NCBI RefSeq assembly: GCF_963921235.1
Contig: NC_086098.1
Coordinates: forward strand, 37,510,001 to 37,574,000
Length of the DNA stretch: 64,000 nt
Reading direction: 5' to 3'
Source: Mobula hypostoma
Taxonomy: Eukaryota
Of the stretch, positions 1 to 10,907 are shown in pieces (the first letter of the stretch is position 1; every line of letters starts with the position of its first letter). The translations under genes were made by a program, and so were the position numbers. The notes under the pieces were generated by a model that did no database searches, was not told the origin of the DNA, and worked only from the letters and a program-made list of their open reading frames with translations.

Positions 1-1387
1 CAGCTTATTCCGTTCAAAGAGCCAGGGAGGAGGATCTCCCAATAAACTACTGGTATTACAGATGTTCACATTCTCCTTAAATCCAATAAGTCAAATCAGT
101 AACGGCCCATTTTCGATCCAGCTTCTGCTGTGTCCTGCTTTAAACAGTAGAATATTGACACTAAAGTAGATTAGGATACTTGTAGTCCATTGCCAGTATT
201 GTCAATGAAAACGTACAGTGTACACCCTGTGTTTGAATTGGTTGGATTCTAACCCCGGCCCCAGCTCAGTAATCCATCAGGTGGTTTACTGGCTCATGTT
301 CTGCCTTGATAATATAATTAGATGCTGGTTGAGCAGCTAAGCCATGCACCCAAGAGGTAACAACCTCTTTCAAACATCCTGTGGCATTATTGCACCCTGA
401 ATTTTAATTCCAACCTCGGCAGGAAGTCACTGTGCTCTTTCTGTCAGTCAGAGGCTGACTGGAAGCAGACTTTAAACTTTCTTTCCGTGTCAGGCAGTGC
501 TGGTATATCTTCCATGACCTAGAATATCCCCTTCTCCACTTGAGTACCTGTGGGCATCCCTTGGTTACCTTAGATATGGACCTTCCTGTCCTAGATTGGG
601 TTGCTCTGTTGCAATCCTCAATATTGATGAGGGTCCAATGTGTCTGCTGTCAGATCAGGAACACTTAACTGAGGAACGGAGGGGGTTGTGGTCAGCCCTG
701 TTACTCCTGCGCTAATCAGAGGAGTTAAAATTGGGGTGGTGCAGTAGCCTAGTGCACAGTGCACTGCAGCCTACATAAGAACATAAGAAATAAGAGCAGG
801 AGTAGGCCATCCAGCCCATCGAGCTGCCTGGCACGTGTCACTGATTTGATTTGACACAAACAAACTATTTCACTGTATGTGTTGATGGATGTGCGACAAA
901 TAAAGTTAATCTCACTTTCTTTCTTTCTCGTCTGTTCAGTTTTTATCAGGAATATACTATAAATTAAAATCCAATGTTGCAAAACTCACCTTCACAAGGT
1001 GACACTAATGATTGCACCATGCGGGCAGTTCCAGCATATTTGCAGCAACCATCTGTTGCGATTATGTGAGGTGCCACCAAACCTGCACCAATAAATTCTG
1101 GATGCAGGAATTTCACCAGTCAGTATCCTGGCTTTGGAGTTTTACGGGGCAGATGGTGAAGACCCATGTCGTGTCGCCCACTGACCTCGGTGATCTATGT
1201 CATCCCAAACTGCCTGATCTCAGTAACATTCAGAATTGCTGTCAGCTTTACAGCCACAATCATTGCTGCATCCCCAAAGAAAACATCTTGGCTGCCGATG
1301 AAGGAAACCACGTCCATCACTGTCACTGGTTGTGCAGAGAATTCATGCAACTCACTTACTGATTCTCAACTGTGGGATTGCGTGCAT

Positions 1388-1610
1388 TAAAACAGGAAAT
1401 GCTGGAAATATCCGAGTCAGGATATGGAGAGACAAACAAAGTACACATTTCAGATTAATAACCTTTTATTTGAACTAGGAAAACTTTTCAGAGCATTTTC
1501 CAGTTCAGGTATAAAAGGTTATCAGCTTGAAACACTAACTCCATTGACACCGACTAACCTGCAAAGTATTTCCAGCATTTTTTGTTGTTAATTCAGCATC
1601 TGCAGCTTTT
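1388..1610. mobile_element. Ancient PLE-type fold-back remnant
   Basis: Nested inverted pairs AAATGCTGGAAATA / TATTTCCAGCATTT and ATAACCTTTTAT / ATAAAAGGTTAT, plus a CAGCATCTGCAG tail. Confidence 0.55.
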
Positions 1611-1845
1611 CAGCTTTTTGATCCAGATGTGGATGGTACAGTATATTTAGTTTTGGCTTCTCTCCTCTTGACCAGCCTGGTCTGACCACTATGTTCCTCA
1701 GGGATGTCAACATTTCCTTACCAAATTATTCTTAGAATACATTTTTTTTTGTAGAGGACAGCAACTATTTTAAAAACCTGGTAACTGTGTTACAGTGTAA
1801 TTAAATCACATTCAGAAGTTCTGCAGAAACATCACTTCACACAAA

Positions 1846-2764
1846 CGGGATCCCACCACCAAGCACATCTTTCCCTCCCCCCGCTCTTTCTGCTTTCCGC
1901 AGGGATCGCTCCCTATGCAATTCCCTTGTCCATTCATCCCCCCCCACCCCTTCCCACCGATCTCCCTCCTGGCACTTATCCGTGTAAGCGGAACAAGTGC
2001 TACACATGCCCTTACACTTCCTCCCTCACCACCATTCAGGGCCCCAGACAGTCCTTCCAGGTGAGGTGACACTTCACCTGTGAGTCGGCTGGGGTGATAT
2101 ACTGCGTCCGGTGCTCCTGGTGTGGCCTTCTATATATTGGTGAGCCCTGACGCAGACTGGGAGACCATTTCACTGAACACCTACATACTGTCCGCCAGAG
2201 AAAGCAGGATCTCCCAGTGGCCACACATTTTAATTCCATGTCCCATTCCCATTCTAATATGTCAATCTATGGCCTCCTCTGCTGTAAAGATGAAGCCACA
2301 CTCAGGTTGGAGGAACAACACCTTATATTCCTCCCCTTCTTACCCCATCCCTTATTTATTTTTATCCCCCCTCTTTTTTCTCTCTCTCTCTCTGTCCCTC
2401 TCACAATCACTCCGTGCCTGCTCTCCATCTTCCGCTGGGCTCCCCTCCCTCTTTCTTTCTCCCTAGGCTTCCTGTCCCATGATCCTCCCCCTTCTCCAAC
2501 TCTGTATCCCTTTTGCCAATCAACTTTCCAGCTCTTGGCTCCATCCCTACCCCTCCTGTCTTTTCCTATCATTTCGGATCTCCCCCCTCCCCCTCCCACT
2601 TTCAAATCTCTTACTATCTCTTCTTTCCGTTAGTCCTGACCCAAAACGTCAACTGTACTTCTTCCTATAGATGCTGCCTGGTCTGCTGCGTTCCACCAGC
2701 ATTTTGTGTGTGTGTGTTGCTTGAATTTCCAGCATCTGCAGATTTTCTCGTGTTTGCGTTTTTA
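1846..2764 (+). mobile_element. Penelope-like retroelement, 5'-truncated (GIY-YIG endonuclease remnant plus 3' terminal repeat)
   Basis: Manual translation gives ...PGTYPCKRNKCYTCPYTSSLTTIQGPRQSFQVR*HFTCESAGVIYCVRCSWCGLLYIGE..RRLGDHFTEHL..DLPVATHFN..LRLEEQHLIF, i.e. a Cys knuckle plus VIY...YIG motif, with stops. Flanked by a perfect 12-bp TSD ACTTCACACAAA (1834-1845 / 2765-2776). Confidence 0.9.
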
Positions 2765-4702
2765 ACTTCACACAAAATATTATTTCTTCCTGTCTCTGAG
2801 GCATTCATTTTGACTCCATTTTTTTGGAGGTGATTCCTTCAAGAACTGGGAACCTAACACACGAACAGAAAAACGGTGGGGACCACTATATTAAGTGAGC
2901 TCTTCCACATTTTTCTAATATGATGTCATGACAGGATTGGGGTTGGAAATTTCTGCCTTACCATTTCCATCCTCCCCTCCCTCCTAACTCCATTGTCAGA
3001 TAAACTAATAATAATTCTAAATGTGCTGTCTTATTAAAGGTGAAACTTATGAGGAAAGAACACATGTAGAGTGTTAAGAGAAACAGAATTTAACTTTCCT
3101 TCAAATATTGTCCGACTAACACTGCAGAGATCTTCAGACCATTCCAGAGCTTCTAAAGAGGTATGAGAGCCTGACATCTTCTGGGCTAATTGTGCATATT
3201 TGTTTTGGAATTAGGATTAGAAGATTAACCTCAGATATCCTTCCCTGTGACGAGGGAAGGTCAATTATCCCTGTACCATTATCTGGCCTGATTAGCTGCA
3301 TTGTGACTACTTCATATTAGAGAATAAATTACAGAAGTGTATTTAGAAGAAATAGATGAGCTGAACCTAGTATCCATTATTTTTAAAGGGCATATACTTT
3401 AATATTATTGATTTTTAAATAATATTTAATATTGATTTAATACAAAAGGGAGGAAATAACCCCATGATTCTCCCACTAATTAGAAGAGCTATGGAAACAC
3501 TGGTAAATCAGAATAGATATGTCTTCTGTGATTTCAGAGGCTATTGAAATGAAGTTGGAATGTTATTTAATGTGTTTTTACTGCTGTCATTTAGTTTGTT
3601 GAACGAGATGGAAAGCTTATCTTAATAAGGTAAAACTAACCCTTCAATACACTTCTTAAGTATTTCCATTATAAGTTCCGAGTAGAATATTTTTAATGAA
3701 AACTGTCTCATGTAGGTATTTGGCTTCTGGTTGATGTTATTTTCCTCAGTTCCTAATACGTGTTGCCAGAGGAATTTGATTTATTGAATTTCCACCCCCT
3801 TAACCGGCACTGCAAATATTTTATGGGGATGAAAGGCCCAGTGCCTTTCTCCACACCCTGCAACCTCCTATAGCCAGCCTACCTGAGTTCAAGGCAACCC
3901 TAATGGATTCAGCCAGACACTCTCCGATTCCAAGGAACAATTCTGTTTCCATCTTAAAGCAGGACCTGAACACATTTAGAGGAAAAGAAGTGACAATCCA
4001 GGAATATCTACAGCTGGTAAAATATGGGCCTGGCAGTGGGAAACCATGGCAATTTTTAATTTCAGCAACTTCCCTTGCTGACTAGAGTTGTCTCCAACAG
4101 ATTTGGGCACATCCCATGCACTGGCACAAGTCCTGGAGACAGTCTTATTATTTCAATGGCCTTACTCTCTTCAGGCCTGCCAACATTTGGACCTCTGCTG
4201 AATGACTGGCCAAAGATGAAAGTAGCATTGAAAAGACCCAAGGCTGGGGTACTGAAGGCAGATGGTGTGTGGCCAATCAATGTTTTTTTAAATTAATTGG
4301 ATGTTGATTGTAATGCTTCATGTAGATTGATGGTAGGATATCTTTCTCCCCAACCTTCATAAGACAAGCGGTCCATTGCTTTAGGGAGGAAAATGCAATG
4401 TGTTTCATGAAGCCCTAAGGAAAAGAGGCCCCTTGAATTTCATAAACAGATGATTTGGTGTGCTCGATGCACCCAGCACTGCTCTAGGATCTATTCCAAT
4501 ATTGTTCATGTTATTGGAACAACCTAAAAGACAAAGCTGTTTTTTATTCAGCAGTGCTGCAACTCACATTGGCAGAACTAAAGTCCTGCATCACAACATT
4601 TCAAAAGAAGTGTCTACGAAGATAATGGTGGTGGTCCTCCAAAATTCTATACAGAGGACATTTCTTATGGATTGAAATGAATCAAGGACAACCTCACTGT
4701 TG

Positions 4703-4767
4703 CGTTCACCAGCAACTTTTATGTGTGTTGCTTGAAATTCTGGCATCTGCAGATTGCCTCGTGTTTG
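4703..4767 (+). mobile_element. 65-bp PLE terminal insertion
   Basis: Matches the PLE 3' terminus. 14-bp direct repeat CAACCTCACTGTTG at 4689-4702 / 4768-4781. Confidence 0.8.
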
Positions 4768-4969
4768 CAACCTCACTGTTGATTATTTAACTGAAGGTTG
4801 CAACGAACAGGAAGAGGAATCAGGGGCTGGGTGAATCGAACTTTTAAAAGGCTTTTGATGTCACATGAGTTTACTAAACAAAATTTGAGTATACGGTATT
4901 GGGGCAATACACTGGTATGGAGAGATAATTGATTAAATGACTGAAAGATAGAATGTTGGAATAAATAGG

Positions 4970-5270
4970 ATCAGAATCAGAATCAGGTTTGATATCAAAG
5001 ACATATGTCGAAAGTTCTTTCCATGAATTTTGGCAGTGCGAAATATAAAAACACTATAAATTACAGAAAGAATTCTATATTAAAAATTAAATTAACTGAG
5101 TAGTGTAGAAAGGGCGCAAATATCATGAGGGGACGTTCATGGGTTTCTTCATCATCCATTCAGAAATCTGACTGCAGAACGGAAGAAGCCATTCCTGCAA
5201 CACTGAGAGTGCATCTTCAGGCTCCTGTACCTCCTCCCTGATGGCAGCAGATGAGAAGAGGAATGGACAA
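4970..5270 (-). mobile_element. Rex LINE 3' end
   Basis: TCAGAATCAGAATCAGG tail, homologous to 23083-23585 and 38180-38520. Confidence 0.75.
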
Positions 5271-5364
5271 GCAGGGTGTTGTTTTTAATGGTGAGAAGTA
5301 GAAAGTGTTAAAAGGGGAAGGTGTGGAAGGATGGGGACCTGAGTATTTTTGTACATGAATCAAG

Positions 5365-5915
5365 TTGATGGGCAAGTTCACCGATGACACGACGGTGGTG
5401 GGGCTTATCACCAACAACAATGAGACAGCCTACAGAGAGGGGGTGGGAGAGCTCAAGGCCCCGTGCCAGGGAATAACCTTTTCCTCAATGTCAACAAGAT
5501 AAAGGAGATGGTTGTCAACTCCAGGAGAACACACACCACTCACATTCCTCTTTACATTGGTGGCACAAGAGTAGAAACTGTGAGTGGTTTCAATCTCCTG
5601 GGGGGGGGGGCACATCTCGCGCAACATCTCATGGTCCCAGAACACATTGCACACAATCAGGAGAGCTCACCAACACCTCTAATTTCTGAGGAGGTTGAAG
5701 AGAGCTGATCCATGCACATCTGTAGGCGCATCATTCTACAGATACACGGTACGGAGCATCGTTACAAGCTGCATCGCTGCTTGGTACAGAAACTGCACGG
5801 CAGCAGACAGGAGATCAAAACTGCCGAACGCATCACTGACACAAGCCTACCCGCCATCAAGGAAAAGTATATGAAAGAGTACCAGAAAAGGGCCAGTAAC
5901 ATCATGAAGGATCCC
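5365..5915 (+). mobile_element. Rex LINE RT C-terminal fragment
   Basis: KFTDDTTVVGLI, NNLFLNVNKIKEMVV, RASNIMKDPTH. Confidence 0.8.
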
Positions 5916-5917
5916 AC

Positions 5918-6317
5918 CCATAAAATCATAAGATATAGGAGCATAAGTAGGCCATTTGGCCCATCGAGTCTGCTCTGCCATTTCACCGTGGCTGATCCAT
6001 TTTCCTCTCAGCCCCAAACCTCCTGCCTTCTCCCCATATCCTTTCATGCCCTGACTAATCAGGAATCTGTCAACCTCTGCCTAAAATATACTTCAAGAGT
6101 TCCTTTACCTTAAGTTCTCTAATCAATTTTGGTTCATGGCACAACACCCAGTCCAGAATAGCTGATCCCCTAGGGATCTCTACCATGAGCTGCTCAAAAA
6201 AGCCATCAAATTCCTCCTCTTGGGATCCAGTACCAATCTACCTGCATATTGAAAACCCCCATGACTACCATAAATTGCTCTTTTTTCATGCATTTTCTAT
6301 ATCCCATTGTAATCTGT
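5918..6317 (-). mobile_element. CR1 fragments (3' end 5918-6090 fused to endonuclease fragment 6095-6317)
   Basis: CR1 tail as at 62597. VVMGVFNMQVDW matches the CR1 EN at about 31630. Confidence 0.75.
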
Positions 6318-7000
6318 AGACGCAAACAACAGGAATTTTGCAGATGCTGGAAATTCAAGCAACACACATCAAAGTTGCTGGTGAACGCAGCAGGCCAGGC
6401 AGCATCTCTAGGAAGAGGTACAGTCGACGTTTCAGGCCGAGACCCTTCGTCAGGACTAACTGAAGGAAGAGCCAGTAAGAGATTTGAAAGTGGGAGGGGG
6501 AGGGGGAGATCCAAAATGATAGAAGACAGGAGGGGAAGGGATGGAGCCAAGAGCTGGACAGGTGATTGGCAAAGGGGATATGAGAGGAGGTCCGGTGAGG
6601 AAGACAAGGGGGAGGAACCCAGAGGATGGGCAAGGGGTATAGTCAGAGGGACAGAGGGAAAAAAAGGAGAGTGAGAGAAAGAATGTGTGTATAAAAATAA
6701 ATAACGGATGGGGTATGAGGGGGAGGTGGGGCATTAGCGGAAGTTAGAGAAGTTGATGTTCATGTCATCAGGTTGGAGGCTACCCAGATGGAATATAAGG
6801 TGTTGTTCCTCCAACCTGAGTGTGGCTTCATCTTTACAGTCGAGGAGGCCGTGGATAGACATGTCAGAATGGGAATGGGACGTGGAATTAAAATGTGTGG
6901 CCACTGGGAGATCCTGCTTTCTCTGGCGGACAGAGTGTAGGTGTTCAGCAAAGCAGTCTCCCAGTCTGCATCGGGTCTTGCCAATATATAGAAGGCCACA
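6318..7000 (-). mobile_element. Penelope-like retroelement 3' part (GIY-YIG C-terminus plus terminal repeat with hammerhead)
   Basis: Close reverse complement of 2120-2760. Encodes CGLLYIGKTRCRLGDCFAEHL...LRLEEQHLIFHLGSLQPDDMNINFSNFR*. Confidence 0.9.
6421..6458 (-). ncRNA. Minimal type I hammerhead ribozyme (PLE-associated), intact
   Basis: Minus strand reads uAGUC-CUGACGA-AGG(gucucgg)CCU-GAAA-CGUC^GACUg. Stem I AGUC/GACU, 3-bp stem II, palindromic ACGU stem III, GUC cleavage triplet. Confidence 0.85.
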
Positions 7001-7650
7001 TCAGAATACTCTCAATGGTACATCTATAGAAGTAACCGCCTGTTTTAGGTGACAAACCAAATCTCCTCAAACTCCTAATGAAATATAGCTGGAGTCTTGC
7101 CTTTCTTACAGCTGTATCAATATGTTGGGACCAGATTAGATCCTCGAAGATCTTGACACCCAGGAACTAGAAACTGCTCACTCTCTCCACTTCTGATCCC
7201 TCTATGAGGATTGGTTTTTGTTCCCTTATCTCAGCCATCCTGAAGTCCACAATCAGTTCTGTGGTCTTACTGACGTTGAGCACCAGGTTGTTGCCGCGAC
7301 ACCACTCCACTAGTTGGTATATCTCGCTCCTGTACGCTCTCTTGTCACCATATGAGATTCTGCTGACAATGGTTGTATCATCTGCAAATTTATAGATGGC
7401 CTTTAAGCCTTGCCACACAGCCATGGGTGTAGAGAGAGTAGAGCAGTGGGCTAAGCACACATCCCTGAGGTGCATCAGTGTTGATTGTCAGTGAGGTGGA
7501 GATGTTATTTCCAACCTGCACAGACTGTGGTCTTCCGGTTAGAGGGCTGAGGATCCTGTTGCAGAGGGAGGTACAGAGGCCCAGGTTCTGTAACTCTGGG
7601 AATGATGGTGTTAAACGCCAAGCATTAGTTAATGAACAGCATCCTGCCAG
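7001..7650 (-). mobile_element. Rex LINE RT fragment
   Basis: [40 protein letters not shown]. Confidence 0.85.
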
Positions 7651-7887
7651 GTGTTTATCTTGCTCAAACTTGATTTCGCTCAGGCCTGATAAGCCAAATC
7701 CACTCCAAATCTGGCCCACTCACACAATGGCCGTTCCCCTTGCCCCTGCCTTATTTTTATTCACCCTTTCTAATGAATCCCGTTCACTGATTGGGTGCAG
7801 TCCAACTTTGAAAACTGCCGCGAAGAGAGAAAATGGAATAGTGTGAACAACGGATCGGCTGTTGGCAGTTTCTGTACTCAGATCGCT

Positions 7888-7910
7888 TTCTCTCTCTCTC
7901 TCTCTCTCTC
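7888..7910. repeat. (CT)n microsatellite
   Basis: Read directly. Confidence 0.95.
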
Positions 7911-8117
7911 GATGGTGGGGGAGAGTTTGCTGTAGACTCTCGAGCCGAAGAACTTGCGGAAAAAAAGTGTTGTGGCAGGCTATAACATTGCAATCAGTGA
8001 GTTTTTTTTGTTTTATTAGTCTGAATGGTGGTGCTGGCTCGAAGGGCTGAATGGCCTTCTGCACCTATTGTCTATTGTCTCCTCGCTCACTGTGTGACAC
8101 TGCTCTGCACTTGATTA

Positions 8118-8133
8118 GGGAGAGGGAGAGAGG

Positions 8134-8168
<35 letters not shown>
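8118..8168. repeat. (GA)n microsatellite
   Basis: Read directly. Confidence 0.95.
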
Positions 8169-8170
<2 letters not shown>

Positions 8171-8599
8171 TGTGGCATGTCGAATTATCAGTTGAACGAT
8201 TCGTTTTGCTGTACTACAGATCACAGTCTTTCCTGGTTGCTTCGCTATTGCTTGCTTGGTAAGTGGGGGGTGCTGAAGCTTTTTGCTGTAGTAAGTGGGG
8301 GAGGGGGAGGGTTGATGCTTTGTTGCTGCTTATGCGTGGGGGGGGAATGGGGGGGCTTTTGGGGTTCCAACTTTTTATTGTCACTCATTTTTGGGGCACC
8401 ATTCTGTTTCCATGGATGTCTGTGAAGAGCAAGAATTTCAGGTTGCGTATTGTACCCACTCTGATGTTAAATGGAACAATTGAACTATTGAAGCACTGCT
8501 TTTCTAAACCCTCAGTATGAACCTCTGTGAAATCTCCACTCCTTCTCTTGCTCCTGCTCACCGACTGGGCTCAGTCCGACTCCGAAATCTGCTGCTTTT

Positions 8600-9460
8600 T
8601 TTTCACCCACCCTACCCTCGGATTGTTTGTCCCTCTCCCGTCAGGGAGGTGGCTGCAAGACACCCACGTCACGACCAGAAGACTCAAAAACAGTTACTTT
8701 CCACCCTCTAACCCGCCCCCTCACACCCCCAACCACCATAATTTTATCAGTCACCTTACGCAGAGACATTCCTGTGTCCAGTGTCACTTTACGTACATAC
8801 AATCGATCTATGTATATAAGCTATCATATATATTCATATATCAGTCTCTGCTATTTCTGTGGATTCATCACTGCACGGAGAAGGGGAATCTACTAAATGG
8901 GCAAGAGTTTGCTCTCCAAATTGTACTGTCCTGGCTTGTGTATCATGTTGGCAACTGGGACACGACCTCCATGGTCGACCCCGGACAGTGGAGGACCTCT
9001 ATATTCATTGTGTCTTGTTTTATTAGTGTTGTCGCGTGGCCAAGTGGTTAAGGCATTCATCTAGTGATCTGAAGGTCGCTAGTTCGAGCCCCAGCCGAGG
9101 GAACGTGTTGTGTCCTTGAGCAAGGCACTTAATCACACATTGCTCTGCGATGACACCGGTGCCAAGTTGTATGGGTCCTAATGCCCTTCCCTTGGACAAC
9201 ATCGGTGGCGTGGAGAGGGGAGACTTGCAGCATGGGCAACTGCTGGTCTTCCATATAACCTTGCCCAGACCTGCACCCTGGAAACCTTCCAAGACGCAAA
9301 TCCATGGTCTCATGAGACTAACGGATGCCTATATTTATTATCATTGTGTTCTTTATCTTACTGTGTTTTGTTTTGGGCTGCATTGGATCTGGAGTAACAA
9401 TAATTTAGTTTTCCTTTACACTTGTGTACTGGAAATTACATTAAACCACCTTGAGCCTTG
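8600..9460 (+). mobile_element. Rex 3' end interrupted by two short retroposon insertions
   Basis: PLPSGR..TRRLKNSYFP, then an AT-rich UTR resuming after 9000 and after 9330. Confidence 0.65.
9030..9332 (+). mobile_element. tRNA-derived SINE, apparently full length
   Basis: A box TGGCCAAGTGG, B box GTTCGAGCC, central GTGTCCTTGAGCAAGGCACTTAA, RTE-like 3' end CCATGGTCTCATGAGAC..GGATGCC. Confidence 0.8.
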
Positions 9461-10101
9461 AATCGTGAGGTAGAGGAAGCAATTGAGAACCTGAATGCAA
9501 GAGTTTGAATGTCCTGACTGGAGTTATCTTGTTTCAGCCCTTTGGCAATATTGCTTACAGGTCCCATCCCCTTCGCACTGTGGTCGATGGGGTAAGTGCA
9601 GGAATAACACTTTTCCTGGATGAGGTTTTTAGAACCAGGCATCACAGTCTCAAAATAGAGCATCAGGAAACAGATGCAGGAAAACACATCACCTAAAGAT
9701 TTTGAAATTCTTCACCCATAGGCTATTGGGACCATGTCGCTGAGTATATTCAAGACAGAAATGGATTGATGTTTAGATTTTAAGGAAATTAATGAATATG
9801 GAACGTGGACTAATTTCGTTGACTTTATTGAATGGTGGAGTGGGCACAAGAAGCTGAAAGGCACTTCTGTGTTTCTTTTTCTTACGTTGATATGATGCTG
9901 AAATACGGCAGAGAAAATTCAATCTTTGGCATGTGGCGACTATAGGAAGAAAACAAAATGCTGGCCAGATAATATTTAAAGAGAGTGGACTATGCCCAGT
10001 CAAAGGGTGATTACTATTCCTCTGATATTTAGGTTTGAGGTAAATGATTTCATTTATATTATTCAGGCCACTAAAAAGAGCTATACTTCCCCAAGCTTAG
10101 A

Positions 10102-10711
10102 TTATTAGATTATTAAGACACGCATTTAGTAATGCATGCATTAAGAAATGACATAATATTCCTCCGGTGTGATATCACAGAAACACAGGACAGACCAAGA
10201 CCGAAAAACTAACAAAAACCACATAATTATAACATATAGTTACAACAGTGCAACAATACCATAACTTGATGAAGAACAGGCCATGGGCACAGTAAAAAAG
10301 TTCAGTCTCTTGAAAGTCCCACATTTCACGCAGACAGGAGAAGGAAGAAAACTCTCCCTGCCATGCCCGACCACAGTCCGACTCTGAGTCATCCGAAAAC
10401 TTCGAGCCTCCGATCAGCCCTCCGACACAGAGTACCGAGCACCATCTTTGCCGAACGCTTCAACCCCAGCCTCGGTCGCCAGCAGCAAAGCCAGGGATTT
10501 TGGGTCCTTCCCTCCAGAGATTCTCAATTGCACAGTAAACCGGGCATTTCAGAAGTTTCTCCAGATGTTTCTCTGTGCTTCCCACGTCTGTCTCCATCAA
10601 ATCAGAATTGTGCACGGCATCCTACTTACAAATACGATATCATTTCACCGGAGAGCTGCGCGCACTGCGTCACGCCGCCATCTTCTCCTCCCGCTATAGC
10701 TTCTTCCAGTA
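10102..10711 (-). mobile_element. Non-autonomous retroposon (about 600 bp) with LINE-like CpG-rich head
   Basis: Head GGGAGGAGAAGATGGCGGCG (YY1 motif 10674-10684), (AATAATCT)n tail, TSD AAGCTTAGA (10093-10101 / 10712-10720), no coding homology. Confidence 0.7.
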
Positions 10712-10777
10712 AAGCTTAGAAGAGCCAGGCCATTGGTGTTGGCTTCTGTTCAGGCTACTTGGAGAATGTAAATAAAA

Positions 10778-10907
10778 CATTGCAACACACACAAAATGCT
10801 GGAGGAAGTCAACAGGCCAGGCAGCATCTAGGAAAAGAGTACAGTCAATGTTTCAGGCATTTTGTGTGTGTTGCTTGGATCTCCAGCATCTGCAGATTTT
10901 CTCTTGT
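10778..10907 (+). mobile_element. PLE-derived short fold-back remnant
   Basis: GCAACACACACAAAATGC...GCATTTTGTGTGTGTTGC inverted pair plus PLE tail. 11-bp TSD TGTAAATAAAA (10767-10777 / 10908-10918). Confidence 0.8.

Larger units (their letters stand above)
7860..8492 (+). mobile_element. Non-autonomous Rex-tailed repeat containing (CT)n, (GA)n and a short CR1 tail
   Basis: 3' end AAGAATTTCAGGTTG..TTGAACTATTGAA resembles Rex tails elsewhere. CR1 tail at about 8020-8080. Confidence 0.5.

Noticed and set aside
9030-9105. tRNA gene
   Set aside because: A and B boxes are present, but the sequence continues into a SINE body without a proper acceptor stem or T-run terminator.
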